From NCBI GenBank assembly GCA_028826165.1, contig JAPDFW010000147.1, positions 558,001-622,000 on the forward strand: a DNA stretch of 64,000 nucleotides, given 5' to 3'. Of the stretch, positions 42,001 to 52,559 are shown one piece after another; the first letter of the stretch is position 1; every line of letters starts with the position of its first letter. The notes under the pieces are model-generated. The model saw only the letters and a list, made by a program, of their open reading frames with translations. It made no database searches and was not told where the DNA came from. Position numbers and translations under genes: made by a program. This DNA is from Anaeramoeba ignava BMAN. Taxonomy: Eukaryota > Protista > Anaeramoebae.

Positions 42001-43281
42001 TTTAAAATATAGGAAAAATTTATATTTAAATTTATATTAAAATTTATATTAAAATTTTATCAAAAATTTATAACAAACATTATATTAAAATTTATAAAAA
42101 ATTTATATTAAAATTTATATCCAAATTTATATCCAAATTTATATCCAAATTTATATCAAAATTTATATCAAAATTTATATCCAAATTTATATCCAAATTT
42201 ATATCAAAATTTATATCCAAATTTATATCCAAATTTATATCCAAATTTTATATTAAAATTTATATCCAAATTTATATTTGAATTTATATCCAAAAATTTA
42301 TATTTAAATTTATTTCCGAATTTATATCAAAAATTTATATTTAAAATTTATATTAAAATTTATATCAAAATTTATATCAAAATTTATATCAAAATTTATA
42401 TTAAAATTTATATCAAAAATTTATATTAAAATTTATATCCAAATTTATATCCAAATTTTTATCAAAATTTATATTAAAATTTATATCAAAAATTTATATT
42501 AAAATTTATATCCAAATTTATATCCAAATTTTTATCAAAATTTATATCCAAAAATTTATATCCAAATTTTTATATCAAAATTTATATCAAAATTTATAAA
42601 AATTTTTCCAAATTTAAAATTTTATAATTATATCCAAATTTATATCAAAATTTATATTTAAAATTTATATTAAAATTTTATATTAAAAATTTATTTAAAA
42701 TTTTTATTATTAATTTTTATTAATTTATATTAAAATTTATATCCAAATTTATATCCAAATTTATATCAAAATTTATATCAAAATTTATATCAAAATTTAT
42801 ATCTAAATTTATATCAAAATTTATATCCAAATTTATTTCAAAATTTATTTCAAAATTTATTTCAAAATTTATATCTAAATTTATATCAAAATTTATATCA
42901 AAATTTATATCCAAATTTATATCAAAATTTATATTAAAATTTATATTAAAATTTATTTCAAAATTTATATCAAAATTTATAATTAAATTTATATCCAAAT
43001 TTATATCCAAATTTATATCTAAATTTATATCCAAATTTATATTTAAATTTATTTCCGAATTTATATCTAAATTTAGTTATGGATATGTCACAAATACTCA
43101 TCATAAATATGTCTTGGTTCTTGATGATTCTGATGTTAAAGATGTTGATACTAAAAAATTCTTTGTTCAACTTCATGATATTTTTATTCAAGCAATTAGC
43201 AACCCATTTTATAATTATGGAGAAAAAATCGAATCTTTAAATTTTATTAGCAATTTAAAATCTCTTATTTCTAAGTCTTAA
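39060..43281 (+). CDS. TRAPPC2L: TRAPP complex subunit 2-like (sedlin family, Tca17), 3 exons: 39060..39095, 40431..40609, 43077..43281
   Basis: MKIICVGIIGPQ|NNPLLI...YIVYTALDFCEEK...YLGLLFPTEDLRV|YGYVTNTHHKYVLV...AISNPFY. Confidence 0.92.
39120..40405. repeat. 12-bp satellite (AATAAATTTAA(T/C)) in TRAPPC2L intron 1
   Basis: Tandem array seen directly. Confidence 0.9.
40620..43070. repeat. 12-bp satellite (AAATTTATAT(CC/CA/TA)) in TRAPPC2L intron 2
   Basis: Tandem array seen directly. Confidence 0.9.
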
Positions 43282-43644
43282 TTTTAATTAATTTTAATTA
43301 ATTTTGTTTTAAAAAGAAAAACAAAATCAAAATCGGAAAAAAAAAAAACAATTTTTTCTTTTCTTTTTTAATTAAAAAAAAATAAAAATAAAATAAAAAG
43401 AAGAAAAAAAAATAAATAAAAAAATATTTTCTCCTTTTATTTTTTTTGTTTTTTTATTTAATTAAAAGAAGGCAAAAAATTTTTTAATCTTTTTTTAATT
43501 TTTCATTTTCATTTTTTTTTTTAAAAAAAACAAAATTAAAAAAAAATTGTAAATAAATAAATTAAAATTTAAATTTAAAAAATAAAAACTAAACATAAAA
43601 TTTTTTGCTCTTTATTCTTTTTATATTTATATTTATATAAGACA

Positions 43645-44130
43645 ATGACAGCAGTTTGTGGATTTGATGGTGACAAGACATGGAAAGCAGGATACCAAAA
43701 AGATAACCAACAAATTATTTTCGAAGTTAAAAACATCAAGGAATCAGTGTCAATTTACAAATGCGAAAATTGCGTTATTCAAATCAAAGGAAAAACAACA
43801 AACATCACTGTCAGCGAATGTAAAAACACAGGAGTTGTTTTTGAAAACTCAATTACAGGATTAAGCATTGTCCGTTGCAATAAATGTCAATTCCAAGCAA
43901 CTGGCGTTTGCAGCATGTTTACAATTGACAATAGCGAGGCTTGCACTATGTTTGTGACAAGAGAACAATACAAGAGCATTGAATTTGTTTCAAGTAAATC
44001 AAGTGAAATTCATATTATTGTTCCTGGTCCAACTGAAGATTCAGATCCAATGGAATTCACTATTCCTGCTCAATTTACTACCAAATTCGAAGGAAATACT
44101 TTCAAAACTAAACCTGTTGAACACATTTAA
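43645..44130 (+). CDS. CAP: Cyclase-associated protein, C-terminal CARP beta-helix domain only (C-CAP)
   Basis: KTWKAGYQ...ESVSIYKCENCVIQIKGK...CKNTGVVFEN...FTIDNSEAC...FVSSKSSEIHIIVP...DPMEFTIPAQF. Confidence 0.85.
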   Translation: MTAVCGFDGDKTWKAGYQKDNQQIIFEVKNIKESVSIYKCENCVIQIKGKTTNITVSECKNTGVVFENSITGLSIVRCNKCQFQATGVCSMFTIDNSEACTMFVTREQYKSIEFVSSKSSEIHIIVPGPTEDSDPMEFTIPAQFTTKFEGNTFKTKPVEHI

Positions 44131-44252
44131 TTCCCTCTTCTTAATTTCTTTTCTTTTCTTTTCTTTTCTTTTCTTTTCTTAACATTTCTTTTCAAGTTTT
44201 TTTTTCTCTTTCTCTTCCAAAAAAAAAAGGTTTTTTTTCACTTTCTTTTCTC

Positions 44253-45024
44253 AATCAAAATAAAAACAAAAAACCTTTTCCAAATTTAAAATCATTTTAT
44301 TTTAATTTTAAATTTAAATTTTATAAATAAATTAATAAATAATTTAATATTAAATTTATTTAAAATTTTTATTAATAATTTTTTATTCCACTTTTTTTTA
44401 ATAATAAAAATTAAAATAAATTAAATAATAAAAATATTATTTTAATAAGTAATAATTTAATTTCAAATTAAAATAAAATTAAAATTAAATTAAATAATAA
44501 TTTAAAATTATTAAATTTCATTTTAAATTATTTATTAAAATATTTCAACTTTTTTATTAATTTTTTATAATCAAAATAAAAATAAAAAACCTTTTCCAAA
44601 TTTAAAATCATTTTATTTTAATTTTGAATTTAAATTTTATAAATAAATTAATAAATAATTTAATATTAAATTTATTTAAAATTTTTATTAATAATTTTTA
44701 TTCCACTTTTTTAATAATAAAATAAAAATAAATTAAATAATAAAAATATTATTTTAATAAGAAATAATTTAATTTCAAATTAAAATAAAATTAAAATTAA
44801 ATTAAATAATTATTTAAAATTATTAAATTTCATTTTAAATTATTTATTAAAATATTTCAATTTTTTTATTAATTTTTTATAATCAAAATAAAAACAAAAA
44901 ACCTTTTCCAAATTTAAAATCATTTTATTTTAATTTTAAATTTAAATTTTATAAATAAATTAATAAATAATTTAATATTAAATTTAATTAAAATTTTGAT
45001 TAATAATTTTTTATTCCACTTTTT
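44253..45024. repeat. ~313-bp AT-rich tandem repeat, left block (~2.5 copies)
   Basis: The anchor AATCAAAATAAAAA(C/T)AAAAAACCTTTTC occurs at ~44253, 44569 and 44881. Confidence 0.9.
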
Positions 45025-45277
45025 TCTTTCTATAAATATAAAAAATGAGAATAAGTTTAATTTAAAATTAATTTAAAAATTAATTTATTATTTAATTTAA
45101 TGTTTAAAATATTAATTTATTGTTTTAGATTTAAATAAAAATAAGAATCAATAAAAAAGTGGAATGAAAATTTGTTTTTTTTTTGATTTTTATTTTGTTT
45201 TTGTTTTGTTGGAATTGATTTGAAATGAAAATTAAAAATTGGAAATTGGAAATTGAAATTGGAATTAAATATCCAAA

Positions 45278-47980
45278 TCAGTATGAAGTTCTTTTTCTTT
45301 TGATAATTTCTTTAATAAGTTTTTTTCTTTTTTTCTTTTTATATAAAATAATTCCAATAATAATTATTGAAATAACAATAATTGGAATAATTATACCTAA
45401 AGTTATTAATATTCTGTTTGAATTATTATTAGGCTCATTTGTTGTTGGTATTGTAATTGATGTTGTTGAATTAATTCCTGAATATTGATTAAATGAACAA
45501 TTTAAATCAGCTGATGAATAAATTGAAATTTCATAATATTCTCCTCCATGTAATCCTGAAGAAATTGAATAAATTGTTGTTAAATTTGATAAACAAATTG
45601 AAGTCGAATTATAAGTAAATGAATATGCTTTTAATCCACTTGATAAAATTAATGAATCCCAAGTACATTCAAATCCATTAATTAATGAATTACAATTTAA
45701 TGAAGTAATATTTCCTAATTTAGCTCTTGTTGAAATAATTGAACTAGGTAATCCTAAATATGGTGTTTCACAATTTAAATCAACACATCCTCTAATTGAA
45801 ATATTATATTCAATATTTCCTGATATTTCACTTATTCTTCCAATTATTTCATTTCCACTTAAATCAAGAGATGTGAATTTTTCCCAATTTGTTTCATTAT
45901 CAAGTGAAATTGAATAATTATTTGAATTTGTTAATTTTGTGAAATTAAATTCAATTTCTTCAATTTTGGAAATTGTTTCATAAATTGTTGGAGATGTTAA
46001 ATTATCAGTTGTAATTGAAATTGATGAAATATATCCACATTTTCCATTTGAATTACATGATGATATATTGATTTGATATTCTTGATTTGGAAATTGAACT
46101 GTAAATTGTTGATTTGATGATGTTGGTTGATAATTTCCTGAATCATTTTGAGAAATTGATTGATAAGTTAAATTATAATAAAATGGAATTGAACAATTAA
46201 TTGGTTGATTCCAATTACAATTAATATCGATTGAATTTGAAATTGAACATGTTAAATTTGTAATTTCACCGAATATTAATGAAATTGATGATTCAACAAT
46301 TTCTCCTTTATCATCTCCTTCACATTCTTGTGTTCTACATCCACAAATTGAAATATTATAATCATTTTCACATTCTAAATTATTCAAAAAATAATCAAGT
46401 GAAGAATTATCAACTGAAATGAAAGATATTAAATCAGGTTGAGATTGATTGAAATAAGAAAGATTATAATGATCAAGATGAGCAATTCCTTCATTGATTT
46501 GAACATTTGGATAATTCCAAGTAACATTAATTGAATTATTTGAAGGATTTGATAATTGAAAATCTTTTACAGAATCAATTTTTGTTGTTAAATTAATAAA
46601 AGAAGAAGATTCACCACATTTCATTGTTTCATTATCACAAACTTTGATTTGAATTGAATAATATTCATTTCCAGTAATATTATCATAAATTGAAGAATTA
46701 AATTGTTGATAATAAACATTCTCATCTTCAAGAATTGGATAATCAATATCAATCCAATCATATCCATAATTAATTTGATATATCAAAGTTAAAGAAGATT
46801 GAATTTCATCCCAATAACAATCAAATGATGAAAACAATGTTGAACAATTAACAATATTAACTTGTGGAATTAAATTAACTTCATAAACAAATGCTTGATT
46901 TGCGCCAGGAGCACCAATAACAGTAAAATTCTCATAAATTGAAACAGACTCTCCAAAACCTGTAGTTGATTCACTCAAATTTTTTTCTTGATTCCAAATT
47001 GATTCATTATATCTGTAAATAAATGCTTCATTTGTACCAATAGCACCAATAACAATAATATCTCCATAAATTGAAACAAAATATCCAAACCATGAAGCTG
47101 AAGGTTCACTCAAATTTTGTTCTTGATTCCAAATTGATTCATTATATCTGTAAATAAATGCTTCATTTGTATCATAAGCTCCGATAACAATAACATCTTT
47201 ATAAATTGAAACAGAACTCCCAAAATTTGAATAAGAAGGTCCACTCAAATCTTGTTCTTGATTCCAAAATGTTCCATTATATCTGTAAATAAATGCTTCA
47301 TTTCCACCAATAGTTCCAATAACAGTAACATTCCCATAAATTGAAACACTCCATCCAAAATTTGAAACTGATTCATTCAAAGTTTGTTCAAGATTCCAAA
47401 TTGTTCCATTATATCTGTAAATATATGCTTTACTTTCAAGAGGAGCTCCAATAAAAGTAACATCTTCATAAATTGAAACAGAATGTCCAAACCATGAAAA
47501 TGGTCCAGTCAAATTTTGTTCTTGATTCCAAAATGTTCCATTATATCTGTAAATAAATACTTCATTTGCACCATGAGCACCAATAACAATAACATCTTCA
47601 TAAACTGAAACAGAATATCCAAAATTTGAAGTTGATTCATTCAAAATTTGTTCAAGTTCAAAATTTGTTCCATTATATCTGTAAATAAATGCTTGTTTTG
47701 CATCAGAAGCTCCAATAACAATAACATCTTTATAAACTGAAACAGAAATTCCAAAATTTAATGCTGGAAGTGAAAATTGATCTAATAAATTCCAAATCCA
47801 AGCTTCATCTGGAGTAGAATAATATCTTGTTGTTTCTGTTAATAATCTTGTTGTTTCTAATTCTTGAATTATTGTTGAAATTGATTTTTGTTGATTTTGA
47901 TTTTGATCTTGATTTTGATTTGATTGAATTAAGAAAATATTAATAATTAAGAAAAAGGAAAAGAAAAGAATTAATTTCAT
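45278..47980 (-). CDS. Type I membrane protein: signal peptide, FG-GAP (integrin-alpha-like) beta-propeller repeats, fibronectin-III-like domains, TM helix, short basic tail
   Basis: 900-aa intronless ORF with seven FGxSVSIY.....IGA repeats, Cys-paired FN3-like segments (INVTWNYP, YNISICGC), and TM ILITLGIIIPIIVISIIIIGIILY followed by KKKKRKK. Confidence 0.85.
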   Translation of the reverse strand: MKLILFFSFFLIINIFLIQSNQNQDQNQNQQKSISTIIQELETTRLLTETTRYYSTPDEAWIWNLLDQFSLPALNFGISVSVYKDVIVIGASDAKQAFIYRYNGTNFELEQILNESTSNFGYSVSVYEDVIVIGAHGANEVFIYRYNGTFWNQEQNLTGPFSWFGHSVSIYEDVTFIGAPLESKAYIYRYNGTIWNLEQTLNESVSNFGWSVSIYGNVTVIGTIGGNEAFIYRYNGTFWNQEQDLSGPSYSNFGSSVSIYKDVIVIGAYDTNEAFIYRYNESIWNQEQNLSEPSASWFGYFVSIYGDIIVIGAIGTNEAFIYRYNESIWNQEKNLSESTTGFGESVSIYENFTVIGAPGANQAFVYEVNLIPQVNIVNCSTLFSSFDCYWDEIQSSLTLIYQINYGYDWIDIDYPILEDENVYYQQFNSSIYDNITGNEYYSIQIKVCDNETMKCGESSSFINLTTKIDSVKDFQLSNPSNNSINVTWNYPNVQINEGIAHLDHYNLSYFNQSQPDLISFISVDNSSLDYFLNNLECENDYNISICGCRTQECEGDDKGEIVESSISLIFGEITNLTCSISNSIDINCNWNQPINCSIPFYYNLTYQSISQNDSGNYQPTSSNQQFTVQFPNQEYQINISSCNSNGKCGYISSISITTDNLTSPTIYETISKIEEIEFNFTKLTNSNNYSISLDNETNWEKFTSLDLSGNEIIGRISEISGNIEYNISIRGCVDLNCETPYLGLPSSIISTRAKLGNITSLNCNSLINGFECTWDSLILSSGLKAYSFTYNSTSICLSNLTTIYSISSGLHGGEYYEISIYSSADLNCSFNQYSGINSTTSITIPTTNEPNNNSNRILITLGIIIPIIVISIIIIGIILYKKKKRKKLIKEIIKRKRTSY

Positions 47981-48223
47981 TTTGTTTTGTTTTATTTTGT
48001 TTGCTATTTTTTTTTTTAAATTAAAATTAAATATAAATAGATTTGTTTTTGTGTTTATTTTATTAGGTAAACTATTTGTTTTTCTTCTTACTTTTTTGTT
48101 TCTGATTTTTGTTTATTTGTGGAAAGAAAAAATGATTAATTTTTTTTTTTAAATTAAAAAACAAAGAAAAAAAAAAAATTTTTTTTCTTTTTATTCTTTT
48201 TTTGATTAAAAATTGAAAGAAAG

Positions 48224-49935
48224 AATAAAAATTAAATTTAAATTAAATAATAAAAATATTATTCTAATAAGTAATAATTTAATTTCAAATTAAAATTAAA
48301 TTAAAATTAAATTAAATAATAATTTAAAATTATTAAATTTCATTTTAAATTATTTATTAAAATATTTCAATTTTTTTATTAATTTTTTATAATCAAAATA
48401 AAAATAAAAAACCTTTTCTAAATTTAAAATCATTTTATTTTAATTTTGAATTTAAATTTTATAAATAAATTAATAAATAATTTAATATTAAATTTATTTA
48501 TAATTTTAATTAATAATTTTTATTAATAAAAATTAAAATAAATTTTCTTAATTTAATAAATTTAAAAATTAAAAATAAAAATTAAATAATTATTTAAAAT
48601 TATAAATTTATTTTAATTTATTAAAAATAATTTAATTTCAAATCAAAATAAAAATAATTTCAAATTAAATAATAATTTAAAATTATTAAATTTCATTTTA
48701 AATTATTTATTAAAATATTTCAATTTTTTATTAATTTTTATAATCAAAATAAAAATAAAAAAACCTTAAAATTAAATTTAAAATCATTTTTATTTTTATT
48801 TTAAATTTATTAAAAAATTTTTATAATTTTTATAATAAATTAATAAATTTAAAATAATTTAATATTAAATTTATTTTATAATTTTTAATTAATAATTTTT
48901 ATTCACTTTTATTTTTTTTAATAATTAAAAATTAAAATAAATTAAATAATAAAAATATTATTTTAATAAGTAATAATTTAATTTCAAATTAAAATTAGTA
49001 AATTAAAATTAAATTAAATAATAATTTAAAATTATTAAATTTCATTTTAAATTATTTATTAAAATATTTCAATTTTTATTAATTTTTATAATCAAAATAA
49101 AAACAAAAACCTTTTCTAAATTTAAAATCATTTTATTTTAATTTTAAATTTAAATTTTATAAATGAATTAATAAATAAATTTAATATTAAATTTATTTAT
49201 AATTTTTATTAATAATTTTTATTCCACTTTTTAATAATAAAAAAATTAAAATAAATTAAATAATAAAAATATTATTTTTAATAAGAAATAATTTAATTTC
49301 AAATTAAGATAAAATTAAAATCAAATTAAATATTAATTTAAAATTATTAAATTTCATTTTAAATTATTTATTAAAATATTTCAATTTTTATTAATTTTTA
49401 TAATCAAAATAAAAACAAAAACCTTTTCTAAATTTAAAATCATTTTATTTTAATTTTAAATTTAAATTTTATAAAGGAATTAATAAAATAATTTAATATT
49501 AAATTTATTTAAAATTTTTATTTAATAATTTTTATTCCACTTTTTTTTAATAATAAAAATAAAAATAAATTAAATAATAAAAATATTAATTTAATAAGAA
49601 ATAATTTAATTTCAAATTAAAATTAAATTAAAATCAAATTAAATAATTATTTAAAATTATTAAATTTCATTTTAAATTATTTATTAAAATATTTAAACTT
49701 TTTTATCAATTTTTTATAATCAAAATGAAAATAAAAAACCTTTTCTAAATTTAAAATCATTTTATTTTAATTTTAAATTTAAATTTTATAAATGAATTAA
49801 TAAATAATTTAATATTAAATTTATTTAAATTTTTATTTAATAATTTTTTATTCCACTTTTTTCTTAATAATAAAAATTAAAATAAATTAAATAATAAAAA
49901 TATTATTTTAATAAGTAATAATTTAATTTCACATC
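48224..49935. repeat. ~313-350-bp AT-rich tandem repeat, right block (~5 copies), same family and orientation as 44253..45024
   Basis: The same anchor occurs at ~48391, 48742, 49090, 49402 and 49718. Confidence 0.9.
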
Positions 49936-50049
49936 AAAATAAAATGATTTCAAATTGATTTATTAATTTTTTCATTTTTTCATTTTTTCATTTATTAATT
50001 TTTTTATTTTTCATTTTTTCATTTTTTTCATTTTTTTCTATTTTTCAAA

Positions 50050-51288
50050 ATGGAAGTTAAAACAACTATTTGTCCAATTTGCTTTCAAAAATTTTCACAA
50101 GAAAGAAAACCAATGATAATTTGTGAAGAGCATCATTCAATTTGTGAATCTTGTTTCAATACTCTGAATAAATGTCCTTTTTGTGCAAATTCATTGACAA
50201 ATTTTAAACCGATTCAGAATCTTGATTTATTAAAATCGATTGACCAAGAAGACACAAACTCAAATCTTTCTCAAATTCCAATAATTCCTTTAGATCAACT
50301 CGAAATTGAAAAAGAACCCTTTTCTTCTGGAATTTCAACTGATAATTTTCGAGCAACATGGAAGAAAAAACAAGTTATTATCAAAAAAACGAGAATTCAA
50401 ATTGATTCCAATTCACAAAAACAATTTGAAAATGAACTTAATTTGATTGGAAAACTAAAACATCCAAATATTCTCCCTATTTATGGAATCACTAAATTTG
50501 AAAATCGATTTTGTATTGTAATGAAATATGCGGAACAAGGAAATTTACTTGATAAAATCCCAAATTTACAATTCCAAGAAAAAATTGATTTATCTTTACA
50601 AATCATTGAAGGATTAAGATTTTTACATTCAAATTCAATTATCCATGGTGATCTAAAACTCAAGAATATCTTGATTTCCAAAAACAAACCAAAAATTTCT
50701 GATTTTGGAATGTCGCAATTAAGAGAGAAAACTACAGAAAACCTCGGAATCACTTTTTATTCCAATTATTTAGCACCAGAATTTCTTAAACAAGAAAAAT
50801 TTTCTGATACTTCTTGTGATATTTTTAGTTTATCAATCATCTTGTTTGAAATTTTCTCATCAAAACGATATTTCCACAAAAAGAATCGCAGAAAAGCTTT
50901 TATCAAAATGATGAACGAAAAAAGACCATATTTTCCAAACAATTTCCCAAAAGATTTATCAAAATTTATCAAAAAAGGTTGGAAAAAAAATCCACAAGAG
51001 AGATCTACATTAATCCAATTTATTCAATGTTTGGAGAAGATGAAAAATTCAAGTAAATATTTCTTCTTTTTAGTCGTTTCCTATTTTTCTTTCAATTTAA
51101 AATTCGAAATAACAAAAAACATTTAAAAATCTTATTCCTCAATTCATTTTGTGAATTCTCAAAACATTTTCTTTTCAATTCTAAAAATTCTTTTAGATCA
51201 ACCCGAAAAAAGAAAAGAACTCGAACAAACAAACCAACAACCAAACGAGAAAGAGAAAGAGAAAGAGAAAAAGAAGAAATCAAAATCA
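50050..51288 (+). CDS. RING-finger + TKL-like protein kinase; exon 1 50050..51052, exon 2 51197..51288; predicted to continue through microexons past the right edge
   Basis: RING CPIC...ICEEHHSICESC...KCPFC; kinase VIIKK, FENE, HPNIL, HGDLKLKNIL, DFG, YLAPE, DIFSL. Donor TCAA|GTAAAT at 51053. The acceptor TTTTAG|AT restores frame (NQPEKRKELEQ...KKKKSKS) and exon 2 ends in phase 0. Confidence 0.85.
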
Positions 51289-51364
51289 GTAAAAAATTTT
51301 TCAATTTATTAAATTCCAAATTCTTTTTCTAATTTCTTATTTTTATTATTTATTCATTTATCAG

Positions 51365-51779
51365 AAACGAAAGGTTAGTTTTCTCATTCATTAATTAATT
51401 TCTTTCCAGAAAGAAATAGAAACAAAAAATTACAAACAAAAAAAAATCATTTTCTTGTTTTTTCCTTTTAAATTATGAGAAAGAAATATTGATTCATATC
51501 AAATTATTTTTTGTATTAATAGAATGTAATTCATCAAATCAATAATATTTTCAGAATAGAAAAGATTTTTTTTTGGATAAATTTACTCTCAATAAATACA
51601 AATAACTCATTGAAAAATTCATATTCAATAAAAATTAAAAAAAATCAACAATGAATATTCATTTTTTTAATAAATAGAAAGTGAAAAATTAATTAAATCA
51701 ATTCCAATTAATTTTCTCCTCTTCAATTATTTATTAAATTCTATATTTTTTTTTCAACAATTATTTTCTCAAATAGAAA
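51365..51779 (+). other. Four predicted phase-0 microexons in unique sequence: 51365..51373 (KRK), 51523..51525 (N), 51678..51680 (K), 51777..51779 (K)
   Basis: TCAG|AAACGAAAG|GTTAGT; AATAG|AAT|GTAATT; AATAG|AAA|GTGAAA; AATAG|AAA|GTAATT. Confidence 0.55.
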
Positions 51780-52559
51780 GTAATTTATTAAATAATATTC
51801 CCAATGAGATTGATAAATATATTTCTTTTAATTGAAAAAAAAATATTCAGAGAGAAATACAAATGAAATAAAATTTTAAATTTCATTTTTTCAACAAAAA
51901 AAAACTAAAAAAATTGATATAAGAAAACTTTTTATTGTGTATTTGATATTTGAATGAGAATATATTTGATACTTTTAAATATTTTTTGTTTTAATTTGTT
52001 GATTGAAAGATTTTATCAAAAATTTACTTCTTTTTCTTTTCTCTGAATTTCTCTTAATTAAAGATTGATGAAATTTCGATTTGGGTTTGGATCTATTTTT
52101 TTTTTGATTTTAATAAATTAACATTTTGTTTATGTGTTATACGATATCGTTTTTGATAATTCTTAAAAAAATTATTGGAAAAACAATCCATCTTTCATTT
52201 CAAAATATTATTCCTTCTTTCCTTTCCAATTCGAATAAAAAAACAATAAATGAAACAGAAAATCTTTATCTGTAAATTCCCTTAAACAAAATGCATTGAA
52301 TAAATCAAAAATAATAAAATTTGAATTCATTATTCTTTTTATTTATTTATCCAAATTCACTTTTTTTCTTTTTGAAATCAAATAAAAATTACCAAATAAA
52401 TCTAACCATTGAGTATTTTAAGAATTTCTCTTGTTTTTTGTATTAAATGATATCGAGGAAAAAATCCAATCAAAATATTGAAAAGAATCAAAAAAAAGAT
52501 TTACAAACCTCTCCTGAAAGAAATATAGAGAAATCAAGAATTACATTCAAAAAAAATAA

